From positions 87,544,001 through 87,608,000 of the forward strand of contig OX597823.1 of NCBI GenBank assembly GCA_951406725.2: a stretch of DNA of 64,000 nt, given 5' to 3'. Position numbers and translations under genes: made by a program. The stretch's first letter is position 1. Every line of letters begins with the position of its first letter. The notes below the pieces were generated by a model, which did not search any database, had not been told where the DNA came from, and saw only the letters and a program-made list of their open reading frames with translations. Positions 36,821 through 48,950 of the stretch are shown in pieces. The stretch is from Octopus vulgaris. Its lineage: Eukaryota.

Positions 36821-37610
36821 TAGCTACTTTATTTCATTAAAATTTGCCATAAACGTATTACAAAGAGTAGCTGCAGGCTGGACATATACATTGATGAGGT
36901 GAATGATGAAATAAGGATGACATTGATGAGAGAAGGCAAAAACGTCCGCCGATTTTCCTCTTCTCTAAAACATTGTTCTTTTTTTTTTAACAGAATAAAC
37001 AAAGCACCTATAGCCACTTACCACACAACCACTCCTGCGCCTATAGCTACTTTATTTCATGAAAGATTCGCCATTAAGACGTTACATAGAGGGGACATAC
37101 AATTACAGACAAACATATAGGGTGTAGCAGCTTAAAATGTTGGTGATTACAATAATATATATATATAATATTTACAATATAAAGTTTTAAAAATTTGGTA
37201 TTATACAGTAGGGCACGGATCCCAGCCATATGGGTAGAACCTTTACTTCTTGATCCGGTCACACTTACCTGGTGCCAGATATACCCAGCTAGCACGCTAC
37301 AGACTTCCATCTTTTCGCAAACATATCTCGTGACAGACACCTCTTCTCCAGCCTGATCTTACTACCGAGGTGGTACACACAGCCACTGCTGCGCCTATCT
37401 ATATTAAATAATAACATGTATATATGATTTAGGCACAAGGCTAATAACTTTAGAGACAAAGTGGTACTCAATTAGTGCAAAACCAATAACCAAGAGGATA
37501 AAATCTTGAGTTGACTGAAATTAACGACAATAAGAAGATATAACTGCTTTTATTGTTGTCCTTCCTTTCTCAATTATGTTCTTACTTTATATATTTTTGC
37601 ATACACACTT

Positions 37611-37999
37611 GGAAAATGGAAGCACTTCGTCGGTTACGACGACGAGGGTTCCGGTTGATCCGATCAACGGAACAGCCTGCTCGTGAAATTAACGTGTAAG
37701 TGGCTGAGCACTCCACAGACACGTGTACACTTAACGTAGTTCTCGGGAATATTCAGCGTGACACAGAGAGTGACAAGGCCGGCCCTTTGAAATACAGGTA
37801 CAACAGAAACAGGAAGTAAGAGTGAGAGAAAGTTGTGGTGAAAGAGTACAGCAGAGATCACCACCATCCCTGCCGGTGCCTCGTGGAGCTTTTATGTGTT
37901 TTCGCTCAATAAACACTCACAACGCCCGGTCTGGGAATCGAAACCGCGATCCTATGACCGCGAGTCCGCTGCCCTAACCACTGGGCCATTGTGCGTCCA
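37611..37999 (-). mobile_element. SINE family C, full length with 11-bp TSD
   Basis: tRNA-like head TGGCCCAGTGGTTAGGGCAGCGGACTCGCGG..GGTTTCGATTCCC; TSD CATACACACTT at 37600-37610 and 38000-38010. Confidence 0.95.
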
Positions 38000-38712
38000 C
38001 ATACACACTTACACACACACACACACGCACGCACACATGCATATGCTCTAACTATATTTTAGACAGATATAAAATCGAAAAGGTTTCGATTAATCTACTT
38101 TTGTCGAATATGCCAAAGCGGAGGAGAGACAGCTAGCGTATAAAGATAGATAGCTAGCTAGAAAGATAGATTAGAAGTGTGTGTTTGTGTGTGAGTCTGT
38201 GCGTCTGTCAGTGCGCGTGGCTGTGCATCTGCCAGTGTGTCTGTCTGTGTATGTGTCTTTGCCTCTGTGTGTATACACACTGCGAATATTTCTGCTATAT
38301 TCTGCTACACTACACGAAATCTCTGTTTATAACCATTCGGGATTTGTGTCTACGATTGAAAATTTTGATATAGATCTTAAATACCACTACCTTGTAAGAA
38401 CTAAATCGATAGAATACATTCTAGACACAAAGTATACGTAAAGTACATTATGCATCTGTGAATAAGCGCCCTATAATCAACACTATGTTGATTCCATATT
38501 TTTTATGAATCACTTTGAAATTACACCAATTTAGTATTTATTTCGAAATTTTATCATCCTCCATTTTGTGAACTATTATTGTTATATGTCTATATTTTAG
38601 TTTAGAATTATTTTATGCTAAACGTTAAATATTTCTATTTCTTCTGCTCTTCAGCCATTTTCTTTTCAGTTATTCTCAATATTTGAGAATTCAGTAATTC
38701 AGTAATACTCAA

Positions 38713-38878
38713 AGGCGCAGGAGTGGCTGTGTGGTAAGTAGCTTGCTAACCAACCACATGGTTCCGGGTTCAGTCCCACTGCGTGACATCTTGGGCAAGT
38801 GTCTTCTGCTATAGCCCTGGGCCGACCAATGCCTAGTGAGTGGATTTGGTAGACGGAAACTGAAAGAAGCCTGTCGTA

Positions 38879-38933
<55 letters not shown>

Positions 38934-39149
38934 ATGTGTTTGTGTGTCTGTGTTTGTCCCCCTAGCATTGCTTGACAACCGATGCTGGTGTGTTTACGTC
39001 CCCGTCACTTAGCGGTTCGGCAAAAGAGACCGATAGAATAAGTACTGGGCTTACAAGGAATAAGTCCCGGGGTCGATTTGCTCGACTAAAGGCGGTGCTC
39101 CAGCATGGCCGCAGTCAAATGACTGAAACAAGTAAAAGAGTAAAGAGTA
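38713..39149 (+). mobile_element. SINE family B, full length
   Basis: As 21215-21627. Confidence 0.95.
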
Positions 39150-39344
39150 TATCTTAAACTTCTAATAACTACTATTCATTGCAGTGCATTACTATTATAC
39201 TTGACGAAGCAAATCAGAAATGTCTGTATTACATAAGCCGCTTTTTACTAATTAATTTCATAGAAATAATACAGGATAATTAACACAGTTTCACAGTATC
39301 GATCAGATCACTAGATGCGGTTATACACCACTGCTTACATTGCA

Positions 39345-39860
39345 CTTCCAATTTTGTCTTGATAGCGCCCATTCCTCTTCATCTTAATCAAAACTGTTTA
39401 TCTAAATCGTTTTCTCAGCGTCTTCGAGGCCTTCTAAGTGGCTTTTCCGGTCTCTTGAATACCACTCGGAAACTGCACTGTTCTACTTGTCTAAGAGCCT
39501 TGCGACATGTTCGGCTCACCAGTACTTATACTTTAGGTATTTCGCGATCACATAGTCCACTTCGCTACGTTCTTGAATTATTTTATTTCGAATGTTCTCG
39601 TCATGATATTACTAGCATGATAACTATCCATCGCCCTTTGCGACGTGGGCAACCGGTGTTCGATCCTTTTCTTAGTAGCCTTCAGTATAAGAGCGCAGGT
39701 GGGACTGTAGCCTTGAGTATAACAGCGCAGGTGGGAGAGTCTGTCACATATGGTATTGTCTGGCCTAGTTTGAGTGCATCATTTATAGAACTGAATACCT
39801 TCCATCCTGCCGTTATTCTTTATGAGATTTCAGCATCCATATCTCGGTGCATATAAATAA
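39345..39860 (-). mobile_element. RTE-clade LINE 3' remnant
   Basis: DAEIS*RITAGWKVF, TVPPALLY, W*AEHVAR..D, EWYSRDRK. Confidence 0.78.
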
Positions 39861-40424
39861 TTCCAAAATGGCTGTCGCATTTGAAAGACAAGCGTAGGCT
39901 AATTATTACGCGTTAATAATTTCCGTCATTTGGCAGTTAGACAGTATATGATCGAAATATAGTCTCTGTTTTTTCTTTTGGCAATTTAAATTACGTAAGT
40001 GTAAGCAAAAAAATAAAAAAATGAAATACTAATTAAATTATCTCAATGCAATTAATGACAGTCTCAGTAACGTCACAGAAGTGAATGTCACTTAATTAAG
40101 AACATTTAAATCATATAATTTATTTTTCAACAAAATGGAATGTGAGCGTTAATGATCAAGATAAATGAAATCATATGAAACTAATACATTATGTGAATGG
40201 AAATGAAGGCATCTTTTAAATTCATATTTTATACACGTTGCGTTGTTGCTACGCCATATTGAATTGGTTCATCAAGATAGATGGAATAATCCTAATAGAG
40301 ATTCTAAGACGCAATATGTCTATAACGAGGAATTATCACAGTAAAAAATTATCATGTTTTACTTAAATTCTTTTGATGGATATTGATGCCCGCTCATTTC
40401 ATATATAAAACTGGCAGTGAAGGT

Positions 40425-40715
40425 GTGTAGATGCATGCTTAGAGATATTCGGTTCATGATCGAAAGTTCGTGTATCTGAATTCCTGCAGCGCGTTGTATC
40501 ATTCAGTCAAAAATTTTATTTCAGTTTGCTCCATTCCAGTCAGAAATAAATGATTTAAATGTAATCCAAAGGTCGAGCATTCGCCAGTACATAGAAGTAT
40601 GTTAAGACTACGCTTGTTTGTGGAGCGCTGATCAACTTGAACACTAATTCAAAGAATAAGCTCTTTCGTTGGTCGGGTTATCTGGAACACTTGCCTTCGT
40701 AACCGACGGAGTGCT
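40425..40715 (+). mobile_element. SINE family D/C-like, degraded
   Basis: Homologous to 27030-27345. Confidence 0.65.
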
Positions 40716-40819
40716 TTTTTAAATCTGGCGTGGCTCTGTGGTTATGATGCTCGCGACTCACCCACGTGTTTTCGGCTACATTCACACACACACACACACA
40801 CACATACACACACACACAC

Positions 40820-40851
<32 letters not shown>

Positions 40852-40854
40852 CAT

Positions 40855-40886
<32 letters not shown>

Positions 40887-41217
40887 CACACATATATATA
40901 TAGTTATGTCATATTCTGTTAAGTACGTAGTAGAGTACAATACAAGGCTCTTCAGATTTCTCCCGGTACTATCCATTAGTAGCACTGTACGTTCTGCTAG
41001 ATGTATGTTCGGGCTTCTGTGGTGAATTAATAGATAATTGAATAAGCTAGAGTCAACAAGATGATGTACAGTTAGAGAGTTATTTGTAATAACAATAAAG
41101 GTTACCTAACCAAAATCTGCAAACCTGGAGGACAACATTGCGTCAAAACAATTGTAGGGATTACAAATAAAAGTCCAACTGTACTTCCTTTTGTTGGCAT
41201 CAATTATTTAATTATAC

Positions 41218-41337
41218 GTATATATATAATTATATATATATATATATATATAAATATATATGTATATATAATATGTATGTATGTATACACACAAACACAC
41301 ATACATACATATATATGTATCTATGTATGTATATATG

Positions 41338-41381
<44 letters not shown>

Positions 41382-41432
41382 GTATGTATGTATACACACA
41401 TACACACATACATACATATATATGTATCTATC

Positions 41433-41506
<74 letters not shown>

Positions 41507-41520
41507 TATATACACATATA
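41218..41520. repeat. compound (TA)n/(TATG)n microsatellite
   Basis: Direct reading. Confidence 0.95.
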
Positions 41521-42104
41521 TGAACACATGTACCAATGTGCATTATTTCAACTTTTGAATTTTACAAACCATCTTCTGCTAGTTCTTTCATTCAAGTGTT
41601 CTGCTCCATAAGCTGGGTGAATATTTCGAGTAGCCTCAGGTGCAGAGTTCCCTTTTATAAAATCATGAAGCATTATGTGCCTCAATTGCTCCGTAGGTAC
41701 TTCTATGTTTTAAGAGCTATAATTAGTGAAATCTCAATTACGCTATCCTGCAAAATGAAATTTAATTTGTTTTAACATGTCCAAAAACATATAAATATTA
41801 CTTGATGCCATTAGACTTTCTAAAATACTGTTAAATGTTTGGAAACTGGAAATATAGAAGTCCAGAATTACTTATGGAATTAACTGATTATTATCTTCTC
41901 GGCCATCTAAATCGAATCAAAAAACAAAAAAAAATATTAAAAAAATAAAACAATGGATTTTTACAATATTCATCGATCTAGCATTCTTATACTTCCGAAG
42001 AGAATATAACACCATTGGTTTTTATATGCTTCTTTTTTTCACATAAAACACACCTGAATAGCCTACAATGATACAGTTGTTTATTAAGAGGAGTGGTGTT
42101 AATA

Positions 42105-42380
42105 TGAATGCGCGGGGCCTAGTGGTTAGTGTGTTGCTTTCTCAGGGGGTCGAATCCCGGATGGAGCTGCACGTTGTGTTCTTCAGCAAAACACCTCTTT
42201 TTAAATTGCTCCGGTTCACTTAGCTGTAAATGGGTAGAGCTGAGGTCGACGAACTTTCCAGTCATGCTTACCGCGGGGGGAGTAACTGTGACCAAATTCG
42301 AACGCTAAAATGACGCTAAGCGCATTGTGATCAGTGATGTACAACAACATCTAATAATCTTGTCGATTACTTCATCACTA
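42105..42380 (+). mobile_element. SINE family D
   Basis: GGCCTAGTGGTTAG A-box, GGTCGAATCCC B-box, AGCAAAACAC..TTGCTCCGGTTCACTTAGCTGTAAATGGGTA. Confidence 0.75.
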
Positions 42381-43092
42381 CTAATCTAAATGTCCTTTTA
42401 TCGAATGTCCCTCAAAGTTCGAATGGTGGTAATCTTTATACTCATCATCGATAAATGCATTTACCACTCGAAAGTTTACCACAATTGATTAAATGAAGTA
42501 CATCTAGAATACGCATCAGTACTATTTTTAATAACGTTCTGTTCACAGCTATTTAGTATCAACAGAGACTATTGATTACTTATATTCGACGCTTATAGTA
42601 AGAGGGGTACATTTGAGCTTATGGTGTTTTAAAAGTTTCGAGGGCATCACATGATAAATAGTTTCGTTTAATCATTATACCAGAATTTAGAATGAAATAA
42701 TAACCGGGTGAGACAGAATCTGTATTAATGAGATGAATTCTAACCTATCCAATTAAAACTAAAGATCATTAAAAAAATCTGTTAATCTTAGTGATGCGAC
42801 GTTATGTGGTTTTAATATTTTCATTGATTAATTATACTAATTAAAAATGTAATTAAACTGAGAATGAGATAGAAATTAGGCCAGTCTGTTTTCTTGCACT
42901 TATCGATAGTAGTAAATGAGTATGTAGCGTTCATTCTTTGAATAGGGAGAAATAGTATTCAATCTTCCTTGAAGTTGAAGATATGCGGGTTAATATATTT
43001 ATATGGGTGTGTGTGTGCGTGTGTGTGTTAAATAAACTGAGACAACAAAGTCAATGCTGTGTAAAATTTTCAGGACATTTATAAAGAGAATG

Positions 43093-43140
43093 GTCTTACA
43101 GTTGTTTCTGGGATGTTAGGGATATCCCTTCATCAGAGAC
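43093..43140 (-). ncRNA. type I hammerhead ribozyme motif
   Basis: GUCU-CUGAUGA-A-GGGAU(9 nt)AUCCC-A-GAAAC(AACU)GUA-AGAC; intact core. Confidence 0.8.
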
Positions 43141-43640
43141 GATGTGTGATGGTTAAATAGAGGGAAATAGTGGAGTTCAATATAAGGAGTTATTTTGGAG
43201 GAAAAGGATAGAAATAAGAAGTATAAAGGAAAATAAGAGAATAAAAGTAAAGATAAAAAATATATGTAGGATATCATAGTTACATTATCCAAAGAAAGTG
43301 GAGTATAGAATGGGTAGAAAAGGATCTTGTCCATGGTGTGTAAATTGCGATAGTTCATATTTTTTCATTATAAATAGAAATTGTGGAGACGTAGATTCCA
43401 TGCGCTGTTCATTCAAAGGGGTCTTGTGCTGCGAGTGAAATTTTGAGAATGTAGTGGTAGTATTAGGGATATAGAGGAGAGAAAGGCTGTGTATGTTAAA
43501 ATTAGAAGAATGATCAATATCAATAGGTGCAGAAAGAAGAAAGACAGAGGAAGAGAAAATGAAAAAGGAGTGTTAGTTGGAAGTCAAGATATTATGAGGG
43601 GGATGGGAGAGGAGTAGTGGAGAGATAGGAAGAGATAACA
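43141..43640 (-). mobile_element. probable Penelope-like 3' region upstream of the hammerhead
   Basis: Pyrimidine-rich minus strand leading into the HHR; weak GIY-YIG C-terminal-like peptide near 43400-43440. Confidence 0.4.
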
Positions 43641-43651
43641 ATGTTTGTATA

Positions 43652-44864
43652 TCTTTATATATATAAAACTGAGAATGTGTGTCTGTCTGTCTGTCTGTCT
43701 CTCTGTCTGTCTGTGTGTTTCCCTAAAACTTGAGAACGACACAACCAATTTCATTCAAATTTTACACATGCCTTACTTAGGATCCGGGGAGTGTCATCGC
43801 CAAACATTTTTTTAACTTTTTGCCTAGAGCGAGCCCACAGCAATATCATATCTTCTCCACTACGATTCCCTAAAACTTCAGAACTACACAACCAACTTCA
43901 TTCAAATTTTACACATGCCTTACTTAGGGTCCATGTAGTTTCATGGGCAAACAAAATGTTCAACTTCTTGCCTAGAGCGAGACCATAGCAATATCATATC
44001 TTCTCCACTATTACGGTATTACGTGTTAAAAGTGAAACAAAAACATTTCTCTATTTTATCTCAGATACTTTCACTTTAACAATAAAAATGATAATAACAA
44101 TTGAATTATATGTAGTAAGTAATAATTAAAATCAAACTAAAGTATACTATAATCGTAACATAAAAAAAGTAAAAATAGCATTTGGTATAAAATTGCATCA
44201 ATGACTTTAACTTGAATAAGTGGTTTCACATGAATGGGACTAAATTAAAAATAAAATTACCGTGCAGAAATGGAATAGTCCAGATGGATAATAAAAAAAT
44301 TAAATTAAAGAAATGACTATCGTCTATAAAGTATACAATATAGAGAAAAAAGAAGATTTGAACACATGGAGGAAAGCACCTTCGAAAAGGGTCTTGGTGC
44401 GACTATGAAAGGTATCTAATCAGAGGCGGTAAATTCGCCACAATAGAAGCAAGGTTCGAGTCAACGGAGCGTGCAAGGGAGTACTCGACTCGAACTTGCA
44501 AATGTAAATATTTTATATTTACCTTTATATCTGGGACGTAGTACGTCCCGGAAAAAAATTTAAAATACCCCCCCCAAAAAAAAACACCCCGAAGTAGAGG
44601 TAGGCTGGATTGTAGCCACACTTCTATACAAGAGGGAGGACAAGATACAATTGATCGAAATTACAAGAGACGGGCTAACAATTCCAGTCTGTTTTATATT
44701 TTGAGTATTGTTATTACTAGCGATATCAAGATATAGCATTGTATTTTGTATTTTATGTGTAGATGTATATATATAGATGTGCATGTAATATGTACACATA
44801 TATATATACACATATATACATGCACTAGCACTATGACCCGGCAACGACGGGTCTTTAATGCTAG
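43652..44864 (+). mobile_element. non-autonomous Helitron-like element
   Basis: A|TC start, TATATAAAACTGAGAATG then (GTCT)n; ~145-bp internal tandem duplication (43721-44010); hairpin GACCCG..CGGGTC then CTAG|T; 3' end assignment uncertain. Confidence 0.65.
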
Positions 44865-45172
44865 TATATATATATATAAGTACAAACACATACAGACACA
44901 TATGTTTATGTGCGTGTATGAGTGTATGTGTGTGCGCAAAACCAAAACTCACACACGTATAGCGATTTTCCACTCACCAACCCTACAAGGATGCGGGAAT
45001 ATATGTGCCGAGACCTTAAAACGTAAGTCGACTTTCTAGTCTTTGCTGTAGAGAATAAATCAAGAGACCAAGATCATGCAGATCCATCAGAACACCAGTG
45101 CAGTTTACTATATGTCAAAGGGTCAAGCTTTCCTAGATCGAAACATTTGAATTGTTGGGCACCATATTGACA

Positions 45173-45420
45173 ACTAGCATCGGTTGCCAAGCGATGTTGG
45201 GTGGGGGACAAACAAAGACACACAAACATATACACACACATACATATATCTATACATATATACGACGGGCTTCTTCCAGTTTCCGTCTACCAAATTCACT
45301 CACAACGCTTTGGTCGGTCCGAGGCTATAGTAGAATACACTTACCCAAGGTGCCACGCAGTGGGACTGAACCCGGAACCATGTGGTTGGTAAGCAAGCTA
45401 CTTAACACACAGCCACGTCT
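45173..45420 (-). mobile_element. SINE family B, 5' half
   Basis: Head and internal microsatellite. Confidence 0.9.
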
Positions 45421-46297
45421 CCATATAAGCATATTCGCTTTGGCTAAAATATTTCCTCCGCCCACTTATTCTTATTACAATATTGTGTGAAAACGATTGT
45501 ACGCACACACTTTGTCCAGGACAAGTTTTGTAAATACCAGTGACAGTGATCTTACATAGTAAATAATGTAATAAAGACATTTTAAAATGTTAGGACACAT
45601 CAGCACATAATATTTCTGTATTGAAGATGCTTTGTATTTATTTCAGATCCCTACAATCAAGTAGCACTCAAAGGAATTTATATTTTTAACTCCAATTATT
45701 CGCATTATTATGTCGTACAATATGTCTGAGTGTTTGCTATTCGCAAGTGTTATATTGTTGGCAATAATGGCAGTTAATTCCCTGCGGGGTTTTATTTGTT
45801 TCTCTGTTTTTATGTGTGTAAAAATAGATGTACGACTTCGTTTTCATAAGGTGAAGAACAAAGAAGAAATAATATAAAGAAAACAGCTTCCAGCTCTCGA
45901 ATATGAGGAGACTATTGCAAGCGAAAGATATCAATCATCTCAACAAGCCAACCGAACAGAGAAGTTATTAAAATTGTTAAATGATTTCTTGGTTATTTCG
46001 TAGTCTTCTTAACTGAAGAGAAAGTGTAATGAAAAGGAAAATAATAATGTATCGAAGTTTTCAACTCTATGCTGTGTGTTTGAATGAAGAAGAGATCGGT
46101 GATTGTTGGACAGTGTGGACGGTGGAATAAATAGTAAAGCCACCAACAAAGAATGCTAATCATACAGTGACACTATATTGTTTCACATGCAGAAGCAGCC
46201 TCTAAATAACTTCGTGTATTTACATATAAATGAGGCTCTCAATAAGAGCAGTTTGACTATGAAGTAATCAACAAGCATGTTATAAGATTAGGTTTTG

Positions 46298-46530
46298 ATA
46301 GGCGTCGAGCTGGCAGAAACGTTAGCACATCGGACGAAATGCTTAGCAGTATTTCGTCTGCCGTTACGTTCTGAGTTCAAATTCCGCCGAGGTCGACTTG
46401 CCTTTTATCCTTTCGGGGTCGATTAAGTAAGTACCTGTTACGCGCTGGGGTCTATATAATCGAATTAATCAGTGTGTCTGCCCTTGTTTGCCCTCTCTGT
46501 GTTTAACCCCTTATGGGTAGTAAAGAAACA
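46298..46530 (+). mobile_element. SINE family A monomer
   Basis: Head plus unit 1; TATAAGATTRGGYTTTGAT repeated on both sides (TSD-like). Confidence 0.92.
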
Positions 46531-46721
46531 TATAAGATTGGGCTTTGATTTACTTCAGTATTAAGTTCAAAACTGCCTGTGTATTTGGATTTGGACTTAG
46601 AGTTAGTGAGAAATGCTAATAGGGAAACTTCTGCCGTCTACAAGTGAGGGGTGTTATGCAGTTACGTCATTCTAATTTTTCTCTATCACAGAAGCCTGTA
46701 TCAGTTGATAAGTATGCTCTT

Positions 46722-46955
46722 TAAGGCGGCGAGCAGCCAGAACCGTTAGCACGTCTGGCGAAATGCGTAACCGTATTTCGTCTGCCGTTACGTTCTGAGT
46801 TCAAATTCCGCCAAGTTCAACTTTGCCTTTCATCCTTTCGGGGTCGATAAATTAAGTACCAGTTACACACTGGGGTCGATGTAATCGACTCAATTCGTTT
46901 GTCTGACCTTGTTTGTCCCCTCTATGTTTAGCCCCTTGTGGGTGGTAAAGAAACA
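46722..46955 (+). mobile_element. SINE family A monomer
   Basis: Head plus unit 1; AAGTATRCTCTTTA on both sides (TSD-like). Confidence 0.92.
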
Positions 46956-48364
46956 AAGTATACTCTTTATCAGGGAAACATTCCCTGACAATGATAATGG
47001 TTAACACGAAGTTATTTAACAGAACAATTATGTAGAAAAAAAAGGCTCACTGTCTTGCATAAATAAGATATAAGAAAAATGAATCAGAAGCGTGGTTCCT
47101 AGGTATAAAGATGATTTTCTTACAAATATGGAAGAGAATCGTCTGTAACACGAAGAAACTTTAACTCATCATTTAAATTACAAACGGTAGATGAAACACA
47201 AGTTATAGGTAAATTAGAGTTTCATCATAGCAAGATGATACGCAACATCTCAAATCCAGGTCGAATCTCCTTGTTCGTTCCTTGTGTTTATTTAAATACT
47301 ATTTTATACTACTTCGTTGTCATATAATGATGATCCACTAAAGCCTCCATTCAAGTCTTACATTCTGATGATTATTGGGCCCTTGGCGCCTGTTGCACCA
47401 GAAGAATACAAGTTTGAAGGACACCAGTGTGGACTGGCCCTCACAAACCATGCCTGCGCAAGACCTATCCCCAAACAGTCAAGCCCGACTCCTTCGCCAA
47501 ATAAACAGGAGAAGGACAGGAAAAGGCGAGTATCTGGCGCCATGTTAGGTATCTAAGCCGTTCTTTCCCTCCTTTCAATAATAAGTTCAAAGCAGTAGTA
47601 TTTATGATAATAATTTGTTACTTTAATACTAGAATGCCGTTCGTCAAATTACGTTTCTATAGGTAACCTTTCAGTAGTATCGCGGCTACGCATCCGTAAA
47701 TTTTTCTCTCTATCTCTATCTTGCTATCGGTCTCTGTCTCTCTCTCTTTCTTTCTCGCTCTCTGTCTCTCTCTTTCCCTCCCCCCTCTCTCTCTCTGGTA
47801 CACATACGTAGAGAAAATCAGCTGGCAATAAATATAATGGTAAAAATAAAGCACGAGGATAAAACATTAGACTTTAGTATAATATTAAGGCTAAAAAAAT
47901 GTCATTCCGGTATCATGCATCGCATATAGGGCGGAATTGCTTTAATTTTTGAAAATGTTGCATCAATTTCTTTTGATATATGACTTTGCATAATCCTAGG
48001 TCACATGTAAACTGTTCACGATTATATTCATTTTCATATCATCTGGATTCACGAGCCCATTACACAAAGTTCTGTGAAGTACAGCAGCATGAATTAGAGA
48101 AATAGTTGCTATCTCTAGCAGGCCGCGATACCAAAATAAGTGTCCAAGTTACTTGCTTTAATTTTGAATTTTTACAAGTAATATCTATGTGTGTATTTGT
48201 TTCCCGAGCGTGTAAATGATTGATTTTGAAGTTTGTGAATTAATTGTCTTGTTAAGGCTCTCTCTACGGATTTTCTATAGAAATTATAGCCAGTACTAAT
48301 TACCGATATATTGCCATATTTAGTGGCTAATTAGGTAAAGAGTTCGTGAAAGTTTAATGGGTTG

Positions 48365-48417
48365 GATGGGTGCTGATGAAGGCGTAAAACCCTTGAAATA
48401 TGGTATGTAGGCCTATT
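48365..48417 (+). ncRNA. type I hammerhead ribozyme motif
   Basis: GAUGGGUG-CUGAUGA-AGG..CCUU-GAAAUAU(GGU)AUGUA-GGCCUAUU; intact core, G-G mismatch at the base of stem I. Confidence 0.65.
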
Positions 48418-48514
48418 ACATATTTTCCCTCTTTGATCTCATTAGTGTTTATATCAGGCGGTTCGGATACGAAACATTGTACCAAAATCAGTGCTGGCTA
48501 TAATTTCTGTTACT

Positions 48515-48718
48515 GTTTTACTCTTTTACTTGTTTCAGTCATGCGACTGCGGCCATGCTGGAGCACCGCCTTTAGTCGAGTAAATCGACCATGGGACTTA
48601 TTCTTTGTAAGCCTAGAACTTATTCTATCGGTCCCATTTGCCGAACCGCTAGGTTACGGAGACGTAAACACACCAGCATCGTTTGTCAAGCGATGTTGAG
48701 GGGACAAACACAGACACA

Positions 48719-48782
<64 letters not shown>

Positions 48783-48950
48783 CCTGTATACGACAGGCTT
48801 CTTTCAGTTTCCGTCTATCAAATCTACTCACAAGAGTTTGGTCAACCCGAGGCTGTAGTAGAAGACACTTGCCCAAGGTGCCACGCAGTGGGACTGAACC
48901 CAGAACCATGGGGTTCGTAAGCAAGCTACTTACCACACAGCCACTCCTAC
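48515..48950 (-). mobile_element. SINE family B, full length
   Basis: As 21215-21627. Confidence 0.95.

Noticed and set aside
37263-37350. Strong minus-strand donor CAG|GTAAGT with an open frame upstream
   Set aside because: No polypyrimidine acceptor; lies next to a SINE head fragment
37930-37999. tRNA-like sequences at SINE heads
   Set aside because: A/B boxes are present but continuous with SINE bodies, without a complete cloverleaf
40902-41150. Possible solo LTR between TA tracts
   Set aside because: Terminal TG...CA inverted repeat and TSD are not convincing
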